Source: an uncultured Acidobacteriaceae bacterium (GTDB lineage Bacteria; Acidobacteriota; Terriglobia; Terriglobales; Acidobacteriaceae). Taken from it: a stretch of 64,000 nucleotides of DNA. The number at the start of each line of letters is the position of its first letter. Position 1 is the stretch's first letter. The notes beneath the pieces are model-generated. The model searched no databases. It was not told the DNA's origin and worked only from the letters and a program-made list of their open reading frames with translations. The stretch spans positions 565,428-629,427 of the forward strand of contig CAWGIB010000006.1 in assembly GCA_963822545.1 (NCBI GenBank), written 5' to 3'. Both the position numbers and the translations under genes were made by a program. Shown in pieces: positions 55,769 through 64,000 of the stretch.

Positions 55769-57296
55769 GTGAAATTCGCGCGCAGTAGTGGAATTCTGCT
55801 CCACCTCACGTCATTGCCGTCACGCTTTGGAATTGGCGATCTGGGGCCAGCGGCGTATGAATTTGCCGATTTTCTGGCGGATGGTGGGCAGAAGATCTGG
55901 CAGGTGCTGCCGCTGAATCCTACGGGGTACGGGGATTCTCCTTATCAATGCTTTTCGGCATTTGCGGGTAATCCTTTGCTGCTCAGCCTTGAGCTGCTGA
56001 GGGATCAAGGTGTGCTTGAAGATTCGGATCTCGCTAGCGTTCCGAAATTTCCTGACAACTTCGTCGATTACGGCCCGGTGATCGCGTACAAGATGGCGAT
56101 GCTGCGCCGCGCGGCCGAGGCATTTTTTGCGGATGGGTCAGCGACCGACCGCGCCGCTTTCGACCAGTTCTCGGAGAGTTCAGCGGCGTGGCTCGACGAC
56201 TACGCGCTTTTCATGGCGGTGAAGGGTGCGCATTGCGGAGTGATATTCACTTCATGGGATCCGGCAATTCGGCGGCGCGATCCGCAAGCGATCCGGGAGT
56301 GGTCGGAGAAAGCTGGCGCCGGAGATCAGGGCATTCAAGTATTGGCAGTTTGAATTTTTCCGGCAGTGGTAGCGGCTGAAGAGCTATGTCGGTGGGCGCG
56401 GCATTCGGTTCATGGGCGACATTCCGATTTATGTGGCGCATGACAGCGCGGATGTGTGGGCGCGTCCCGGAGTTTTCTATCTCGACGAGAACGGCTCTCC
56501 GACGGTGGTGTCGGGCGTGCCACCGGATTATTTCAGCGCGACGGGACAGCTTTGGGGAAATCCGATTTACCGGTGGGACGTGCTGGCGGCGGATGGATAC
56601 AAGTGGTGGATCGAGCGGTTCCGGGCATCGCTTGCTCTGTTTGATAGGGTGCGGCTCGATCATTTTCGCGGATTCGAATCGTACTGGGAGGTGCCCGGCG
56701 GCGAAACGACGGCGATCAAGGGGCGCTGGACGAAGGGTCCGGGAGAGAGTCTGTTTCTGGCGCTGCAGCGAGAGTTCGGAGAGTTGCCGATCGTGGCCGA
56801 GAATCTAGGAGTGATCACGCCTGCCGTGGAGAAACTTCGGCAACAGTTCGGGCTGCCGGGCATGAGCCTGCTGCAATTTGCTTTTGGAACGGATCCGCAG
56901 GGGCCGTCGTTTCGTCCGCATAATTACAGCCGCGATCTGGTCGCCTACACCGGAGGGCACGACAACGATACGACGGTCGGATGGTGGAACAGTTCGGTGG
57001 GAGCGGATTCGACGCGCACACTGGAGGATGTCCGGAAAGAACATGAATTCGCGCGGTCTTATTTGAATTTCAGCGATGATTCGCAGGTTCATTGGGTGAT
57101 GATACGGGCGGTGATGGCGTCGGTTGCCGATACTGCGATTGTTCCTTTGCAGGATGTTCTGGGGCTGGGGACCGAGGCGCGAATGAATTTGCCGGGGCGC
57201 GTGAGTGGGAACTGGAAATGGCGGTACCGGCCGGGAGCGTTGACGAAGGACTTGAGTTCGCGGCTGCGTGAGTTGGCGACACTTTATGAGCGGTGA
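55769..57296 (+). pseudogene. malQ: 4-alpha-glucanotransferase (MalQ, GH77) with one frameshift and one in-frame TAG
   Basis: (V)KFARSSGILLHLTSLPSRFGIGDLG, QVLPLNPTGYGDSPYQ, GDIPIYVAHDSADVW, LDHFRGF, PIVAENLG. The frame changes at the AAA run 56309-56311. TAG lies at 56370-56372 inside FFRQW*RLK. Confidence 0.85.
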
Positions 57297-57410
57297 TGAC
57301 GTGGAGGTCGAGGGCGAGGCGCCCTCGAACCGCCGGCAAGGTGCCGGCGCTACGGTGTTAGTTGTAAGAGATGCGGTTGACGTCGGGTGTTGGAGATCGG
57401 GAAAGGGTCC

Positions 57411-58760
57411 ATGGATAAACCGCCTCGCACGTTCTGGCAGATCTGGAATATGAGCTTTGGCTTTCTCGGGATCCAGTTCGGCTGGGGACTGCAGATGGCG
57501 AACATGAGCGCCATTTATGAATACCTGGGCGCGCGGGCTGATCAGATTCCGATTCTCTGGCTGGCGGCGCCGCTGACAGGATTGATCGTGCAACCGATCA
57601 TCGGGCATGCAAGTGACCGGACGTGGGGAAGGCTGGGGCGGCGGCGTCCTTATTTTTTGGCGGGTGCGATTTTGAGTTCGGCGGCGTTGATTTTGATGCC
57701 GCGCAGTTCGGCGTTATGGATGGCCGCAGGCCTCCTGTGGGTTCTCGACGCTTCTATCAATATCAGCATGGAGCCGTTCCGGGCGTTCGTTGCGGACTTG
57801 CTGCCGGAATTTCAGAGGACGCGCGGTTTTGCGATGCAGAGTTTGTTTATCGGGCTGGGCGCGGTGATTGCGTCCGCGCTGCCTTATCTGCTGACTAATT
57901 TTTTTCACGTGCAGGCGAATACTGCTGCCGGGACGATTCCCTTCACCGTGCGGCTATCTTTTTATATTGGCGCAGGGGCGTTTCTGGGTGCAGTGCTGTG
58001 GACAATCCTTACCACGAAAGAATATCCACCGGAGAACCTGGCGGAGTTTCAGAAACAGAAAGCAGAGCACTCAGGTCTGCGGGCAAGCGCCCGTGAAATT
58101 CTGGCTTCGATCGGCGAAATGCCGCGAACCATGCGGCAACTGGCATGGGTGCAGATTTGCACGTGGATGGGACTGTTCTGCATGTGGTTGTATTTTCCGG
58201 TCGCGGTGGCGCGGAATGTTTTTGGAGCGCCGGACACAAGTTCTCCCCTTTACGCGGCGGGCGTGGAGTGGGCGGGCGTCTGTTTCGGAATGTACTCACT
58301 GGTTTGCTTCGGTTTTTCTTTCGTACTGCCCACGCTGGCGCGAACGTACGGCCGCAAGTTCACACACAGCCTGTGTTTGATCTGCGGCGGCCTGGGACTG
58401 CTTTCGGTGGCGGTGATTCATAGCAAATATCTGTTGCTGCTCTCCATGACCGGAGTTGGAATCGCGTGGGCGAGCACGCTCTCGATGCCGTACGCGATTC
58501 TTGCCGGTTCCCTTCCGCATGGAAAAACTGGTGTGTACATGGGGATATTCAACTTCTTCATCGTCATTCCGGAGATCACCGCGTCGCTGGTGTTCGGCTG
58601 GGTGATGGGACATTTGCTGAACAACAACCGGCTCGCGGCCGTGGTGGCTGGGGGCGTCTTCTTTATTCTGGCTGCAGTGCTCACGCAGCGCGTTGAGGAT
58701 TTGTATGACGCGCGACAGAGGAGCGGGCCGGTTCCGGGCGCGCTGGCGGTGAAGTCTTGA
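57411..58760 (+). CDS. MFS transporter, SLC45/GPH-like (sugar:cation symporter type)
   Basis: 12 TM segments. FWQIWNMSFGFLGIQFGWGLQ, SDRTWGRLGRRRPY (the RxGRR loop). Confidence 0.85.
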   Translation: MDKPPRTFWQIWNMSFGFLGIQFGWGLQMANMSAIYEYLGARADQIPILWLAAPLTGLIVQPIIGHASDRTWGRLGRRRPYFLAGAILSSAALILMPRSSALWMAAGLLWVLDASINISMEPFRAFVADLLPEFQRTRGFAMQSLFIGLGAVIASALPYLLTNFFHVQANTAAGTIPFTVRLSFYIGAGAFLGAVLWTILTTKEYPPENLAEFQKQKAEHSGLRASAREILASIGEMPRTMRQLAWVQICTWMGLFCMWLYFPVAVARNVFGAPDTSSPLYAAGVEWAGVCFGMYSLVCFGFSFVLPTLARTYGRKFTHSLCLICGGLGLLSVAVIHSKYLLLLSMTGVGIAWASTLSMPYAILAGSLPHGKTGVYMGIFNFFIVIPEITASLVFGWVMGHLLNNNRLAAVVAGGVFFILAAVLTQRVEDLYDARQRSGPVPGALAVKS

Positions 58761-58840
58761 GGTCCCGGTCTATCTTGCTGCCAATTGCAGAGATCCTTCG
58801 CTTCGCTCAGGATGAGAATGTACTCAAGGTAGGCGGCCGA

Positions 58841-60103
58841 CTATCGTGGACGGACGGTTACCAATTCCGTTTCTAACGGAACTCCGCGGGCGATCTTGAC
58901 GTGGACCAGGGCTTCGAAGGGTTTGATGTCGGCGGAGGATCCGGCAACTTGTGACAGAAGTTTTTCGACTGTCTCGGGATCGCAGGCAAACTCAACGGCG
59001 CCTTGCGTTCCAAATGTTGTAGTGCCCGCCAAAATCATTACATACCGGTCAGAACTTTTTCCGGGAACGAGTCCGACGACTGCGTAGTCCTCTATCAAAG
59101 GGGAACTCGATGGACTGGCGAGATAGTCGGAGGCCTCTCCTGGTTTGGGGTGGCGGCTGACGATTGCAAGATCGCCTTTGCGCGGTCCTGAGTGGACTCT
59201 TTCAAAGACAAATTCCTGGGTGCCGGGAATATCGAGGAGTGAGAGATTCTCGGAGGGGGAGCCGACGAAGATCAGATTATTTTTGTTCGCGTCATCGAGA
59301 GAGAACAAACTGCCGCGCTTGACCCTGATTTTCCGTCCGAGGGAAGCAAAGGCGTCATCGAGCGCGTGAACGGCCAGGACCTCCCCGACGCCGGTGTAGT
59401 GGTCATAGACCGAGGCATTCGAGTCTTGGCGGGAATTGTAGTAACGCATGCCGGTTTCGGGGCGACCGATGAAAGCGGCATTGCTGAAAATGACCCACGG
59501 TTCCTCGGAGGCGGAGGTGAAGGGCCTCCAAAATTTGGCGAGAGGACCGGACAATACGTGCGCTGGCGCGAGCGAGGCGGCCGCATCCGCTTGCTTGCGC
59601 GTCGAGAGGAGACTTCCAAGCACGACCAACGAAACAATCAGGCACGCAAGGAGAGTGACTATGGCGACTCGCCATGGTGCTGGAACTGTCGGGGGAACTA
59701 CGGTCGGGGCGGAGGGTTCGCGGAGGGGAACGGATTGAAGCTGACCCTCGGCTTGGCGGGGCTCAAAGACGAGGTGATAACTCCCTTTGGGGATTCGGAC
59801 GACAATGGGGTCTTTGGCGCCTTCGCTGGCGTAGTACTCGGCTAGTTTCAGACGAAGTCGTCCGGCTTGGACGCGGATAGTCGAGTCGGATTGGGGGTCA
59901 AAATCGGCGTGGCGGCCATAAACTTCCGTGGCGATTTGGTATTCCTTGACGGGAGCGTCGGGATGGGTGAGAGCCTGGGTAGCGAGGTATTGCAACAGCT
60001 TGCAGAGGGATTCTGAACTCCGGAGACTATGACTTTTAATAATAAGATCTATTTGTTGGAAGAATTGGTCGGGGCCGGCGGCGAAAGTGCGTGTCACAGC
60101 CAT
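58841..60103 (-). CDS. membrane-anchored winged-helix (ToxR-like) regulator with unknown periplasmic domain
   Basis: KLLQYLATQAL....PVKEYQIATEVYGRHADFDPQSDSTIRVQAGRLRLKLAEYY...GAKDPIVVRIPKGSYHLVF. TM segment WRVAIVTLLACLIVSLVVLGSLL. Divergent from the TonB receptor gene. Confidence 0.6.
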   Translation of the reverse strand: MAVTRTFAAGPDQFFQQIDLIIKSHSLRSSESLCKLLQYLATQALTHPDAPVKEYQIATEVYGRHADFDPQSDSTIRVQAGRLRLKLAEYYASEGAKDPIVVRIPKGSYHLVFEPRQAEGQLQSVPLREPSAPTVVPPTVPAPWRVAIVTLLACLIVSLVVLGSLLSTRKQADAAASLAPAHVLSGPLAKFWRPFTSASEEPWVIFSNAAFIGRPETGMRYYNSRQDSNASVYDHYTGVGEVLAVHALDDAFASLGRKIRVKRGSLFSLDDANKNNLIFVGSPSENLSLLDIPGTQEFVFERVHSGPRKGDLAIVSRHPKPGEASDYLASPSSSPLIEDYAVVGLVPGKSSDRYVMILAGTTTFGTQGAVEFACDPETVEKLLSQVAGSSADIKPFEALVHVKIARGVPLETELVTVRPR

Positions 60104-60350
60104 ATAACACTGATGTAACAGTCGATCCTATGTGGTTGCAGTACAGCCATTTTAGCGCAGTAACCGTTTAAAAACCTAGTGAAACCTCCCGCAGCAGGGG
60201 CTTTGTACTAAGACTTGCACACTCTTTATTGGTCTTGATTCGTACATCGGGATTTTCGTGTGCGTACCGATGCGAAATGAATCGGGCGAGCAAGAAGTTC
60301 CCTATTGAATAAAGTCATCATTTCCCGGTTGTGCCTTCATTGGAGGAAAC

Positions 60351-63300
60351 ATGAATAGCAAGTTCTTTGTGGTGCTGACAATGGTATTGTGCTTGGCCGG
60401 CATGGCGCTGGCGCAGTCCAGCACAGGATCGATTCAAGGAACCGTAACCGACACTCAGGGGGCGGTGATTCCTGACGCGTCGGTGGTGATTACGAATCAA
60501 GCGACGGGCCGCGTCATAACGGTTAAAACGAGTGGAGACGGCCTGTTCAGCCAGCCAGCGCTTGACCCCGGTTCCTACAAGGTCGAGGTAGACCAGCCCA
60601 ATTTTCAGAAGAGCATCAAGGACGTGGTGCTCCAGACAGCGCAGGTAGTCAACTTGGACTTCGCACTGGCGATCGGCGGGACCAGCCAGACAGTCGAAGT
60701 TTCAGCGGCGACGCCCATCGTCGACACGGCGACGTCGGGGATCAGCGATGTCGTGACGGGCAGCCAGATTACGGACTTGCCTCTCAACGGACGCAATTTA
60801 CACAATTGGCTTCATTAGTTCCGGGAGTGACCCGAGGCCAGCCCGGCAACCAGCAGAGCGGCTCAGGCAACCAGGCCGAGACTTTCCGTTATGCGGAGAG
60901 CGGCGGAGGCGCGCTTTCGGTGAATGGCCTTCGTGTGCAGGCCAACAATTTTCTTTTTGACGGCATCGATAACAACGAGTCGCTGGTGAATACAATCGTT
61001 TTCTTTGTACCACCGGATGCAATTCAAGAATTTCGAGTAGACACGAACGTCGCGCCGGCGGAGTACGGTCGCGCGGGCGGCGGCGTGATAAACGCTACTT
61101 ACAAGTCTGGCACAAATGACTGGCATGGAAGCGTTTTCTGGCAGATTCGAAACAGCGCAGCAGACGCTAATCCGAACTATTTCTCAGGGCGAGCCGGCGT
61201 TCCCGTTCCATCGCAACCAGTTCGGCGCCTCGGGCGGTGGATTTTTGATCAAGAATAAATTGTTTATTTTCGGCGACTATCAAGGCGTGAGGCAGTCCAA
61301 ACCGTTTGCCGGGGAAACCATCACCGTTCCGACGGCACTGGAGCGTACAGGGGATTTCTCGCAATATCCAAGCCAACTTTACTTTCCGGGCGCGACCACA
61401 CTTGCATCGCGAGTTCCAATACCGGGCAACAACTTTCTGACATCGGGACTGGGGATCGTTCCGGCTGGGCAAAACTACATGAACGCATTTCCTCTTCCCA
61501 ACATTCTGCTCGGAAGCGATCCGCGATGCGCCCTGACGGGAACCGACTTATCGTGTCTGCAGAACAACTACCAGGCACATCGTGTCCAGATTCAGAAATA
61601 CAACGACTTCGACACGCGCCTGGACTACATCCTGAGCCAAAAAGACCAGGCGTTCGGACGTTACAGCTACGGACAAGATGTCGATCTTACGACCTCGCAG
61701 ATGCCGACCTTGCCAGCGGGTTATGGATCTGGTTACCAATTCCAGCATCCACGCAGTGCCGTGCTCGGTGAAACGCATAGTTTCGGACCAAGCGTGATTA
61801 ACGAACTGCGCTTGGGTTATGTTCGCTCCTTCCTGGGCTATCAACCGCCGTTCGGATCGATTCCACTGTCGCAAAATCTGGGCATTCCCAATGCGAACAC
61901 CAACCCGTTGCTGGGTGGAGGAGCGTTGATCGGGAACAGCGGCAGCCAGCTTTCCTACACGGGTGATTATGGCGATTATTTTGTGCCAGAAAACACATAT
62001 CAGATTGCGGATAACGTTTCGTGGGTGAAAGGGCGCCACACGATCAAAATTGGCGCCAATATTCTTTGGCGGCAGGTAGCGTTTTTCAATGCGATCGCCG
62101 GCAAGGGCTTTTTCCAAGCTTCGTCGGGATCTCCGTGGTCGACCGGATACGAGCAGTCAGACATGCTATTTGGCTGGATGAACGACTACCAGGTTGGCCC
62201 GTCGAATGGCTACTATCACACGCGAAGCTGGGAGAACGGCTTTTATGGACAGGACGATTACCGGGTTAACAACCGCCTGACCTTGAACCTGGGGCTACGG
62301 TATGACATGTACACATGGCCGACGGAAATCAACAACCGGATGGCGAATTTCGACCAGGCAACCGGGCACATCATTTTGGCAGGACAAAATGGAGTTTCCG
62401 ACAGCACGCTTCAAAATCCGAAGCACAATTTCGCACCCCGCATCGGCTTTCGCGTACGATTTACACGGCGATGCAAAGAGTGTGATCCGCGGCGGATATG
62501 GCATCTTCTACTTCATAGATCGCGAAGGCATCGACAAGCAGATGTCGGAGAATGCGCCCTTCGGTGGCAGCGCATTTTATTCCTATGCAAACGGCTTCTT
62601 CGGAAACGGTCTGCTGACGCTGGGTGGCATCGCACAGCAGGGTCCGAATGGCGCACCGATCATCAGTTCGATTACGGCGTCAGGCTTCCCCAACAAGCAG
62701 GTGCTTGCGATCGACCTGAATAATCCCGCGAACGTAAGTTTGACAGGCTGGCGTCCTAACGACACAACTTCGATGGTGCAAGAGTGGAATCTGCAATACC
62801 AGCGGCAGATCGATACGAAAACTGCTGTGACTCTTGCGTACGTCGGGACCAAAGGCAGCCATCTCTCGACGTTCTATGACGTGAACCGCCCGGCCTATGA
62901 CAGCGGAATTAAACCCTATCCGCTGTTGGGAACGATTCCGGTGAATGACACCAGCGGCAGTTCGAATTACAACGGTGCACATGTGCAGGTACAGCGCCGG
63001 ATGACAAGGGGGCTGCAATTTGACACATCTTACACGTGGTCTCATGCGATTGATAATTCGCCAGCCGGGTTTGACAGCGACTACCGTTACGGCGGCAATG
63101 TGGTCGATCCGTTCCAATGGCAAACCAAGGAACGCGCCAATTCGAACCAGGACGTGCGCAACCGGTTCATGTTTAGCGCGCTTTACGAGTTACCCTTTGG
63201 ACGAGGCCGAGCATTTGGGGGCGATTGGAATCCAGCTGTGGACGCAATTGCCGGGGGATGGCGGATGAGCCCCATTGTTAACCTGGCCAGCGGCTTCCCA

Positions 63301-63765
63301 TTCGACGTCATCTGTCAATATTGCTATAGCCCGAGCACACGTCCTAACCTCGTAGGCCCTCTGCAACAACATACCAGCCCGAACGATTGGTTCAACATTT
63401 ACTCCTTCACTAAGGTTCCGACGTCGAGTAGCGGTACCCCGGTGGCTCCAGGAACTGGCCCGAGAAATCCCTTCACCGGACCTGGAACAAAGACGATGGA
63501 CTTGAATGTCGCTAAGACCTTTGCCTTTGGCGAACGAGTTCATGCGGAACTCAGCGGCGATATTTTTAACCTCTTCAACACACCGCAGTTCAGTCAACCC
63601 GATGGCAATCTGAATGACGCAACCACCTGTCCCGCGAGCGGAACATATAATGGGAATCCCTGCACACCCTGGACGATTGTGCAGCAGGGTAATTTCGGCA
63701 AGATTACCAGCTTGCGGTATGCGAGCGAGCGTGAAATTCAAGTGTCATTCCGTGTAAGCTTCTAA
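60351..63765 (+). pseudogene. TonB-dependent receptor with N-terminal CarboxypepD_reg domain, 3 frameshifts
   Basis: Signal peptide followed by GSIQGTVTDTQGAVIPDASVVITN..TG......T..DG.F....L.PG.Y. Plug region ITDLPLNGRN. The barrel ends REIQVSFRVSF. Frame changes lie at TTT 60797-60799, about 61170-61185, and TTT 62448-62450. Confidence 0.85.
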
Positions 63766-63774
63766 TCTTGGGGA

Positions 63775-63802
63775 CCAGGGAGGGCGGTTCGCACCTCCCT
63801 GG
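63775..63802 (+). terminator. stem-loop after the receptor gene (possible terminator/attenuator, no U-tract)
   Basis: CCAGGGAGG-gcggttcgca-CCTCCCTGG. Confidence 0.35.
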
Positions 63803-63817
63803 CTTCCACCCAATCCG

Positions 63818-64000
63818 ATGAAACCCACCCACGCTGGCGCCTCACGGTTGTCCTACGTCCTCTATGTTCTTGCGCTGTGCTCGCTAGGAGCAGCACAGGC
63901 TCCCACCATCAGCAAGATTGATCCGCCAAACTGGTGGTTGAACTTTACGCCTGACGTTACGTTGCTGTTGACTGGGGAGAATCTGAAGGGTGCTCATGTT
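63818..64000 (+). CDS. alpha-amylase-family enzyme, cyclomaltodextrinase-type N-terminal domain (5' partial)
   Basis: MKPTHAGASRLSYVLYVLALCSLGAAQAPTISKIDPPNWWLNFTPDVTLLLTGENLKGAHV. The PNWW...L.L.GENL pattern matches the Cyc-maltodext_N domain. Runs off the window. Confidence 0.6.
   Translation, partial: MKPTHAGASRLSYVLYVLALCSLGAAQAPTISKIDPPNWWLNFTPDVTLLLTGENLKGAHV

Noticed and set aside
56370-56372. The in-frame TAG in malQ as programmed read-through, pyrrolysine or an alternative genetic code
   Set aside because: TAG is used as an ordinary stop elsewhere in the window (for example at 8525 and 905). No pyl genes are present, and the same gene also carries a frameshift. A mutation or error is far more likely.

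Overview
This is a 64 kb chromosomal window from a high-GC soil-type bacterium. My inference is Acidobacteriota/Terriglobia, based on a CarboxypepD_reg-type TonB-dependent receptor, GloVer-repeat proteins, membrane-anchored winged-helix regulators, and 'RFAQDD'-type and 'GGGGCACCC' hairpin repeats. No rRNA or tRNA is present to confirm this.

Recognisable content:
- mutL
- tmRNA (ssrA)
- an Rrf2-controlled Ssu/Tau-like ABC operon
- a PP2C phosphatase
- four sensor kinases and one OmpR-type regulator
- PPK2, a type-1-copper cupredoxin and a porin
- DinB, HtrA and a FAD monooxygenase
- a maltodextrin-type locus: malQ, an SLC45-like MFS transporter, a TonB-dependent receptor and the N-terminus of a cyclomaltodextrinase-like gene
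- a DoxX/GT2/DUF2064/GT87 envelope-glycosylation cluster, convergent with a CmoM-like methyltransferase plus a radical-SAM/SPASM pair that sits just downstream of ssrA

The clearly accessory part is about 20.3-30.5 kb. It is saturated with three families of hairpin repeats. It contains an AT-rich islet with two adjacent PIN-like nuclease genes carrying unknown C-terminal domains; this is my best candidate for an undescribed (defence-like) module. It also contains a 4.5 kb redox/regulator cassette bracketed by a duplicated 3' end of an RluA-family gene.

About ten genes are interrupted by frameshifts. Three of the four indels I located lie in 3-nt homopolymer runs and the fourth in a GG doublet, so many 'pseudogenes' may be assembly errors.

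All family names come from reading motifs by eye and from memory. No HMM or BLAST search was run.
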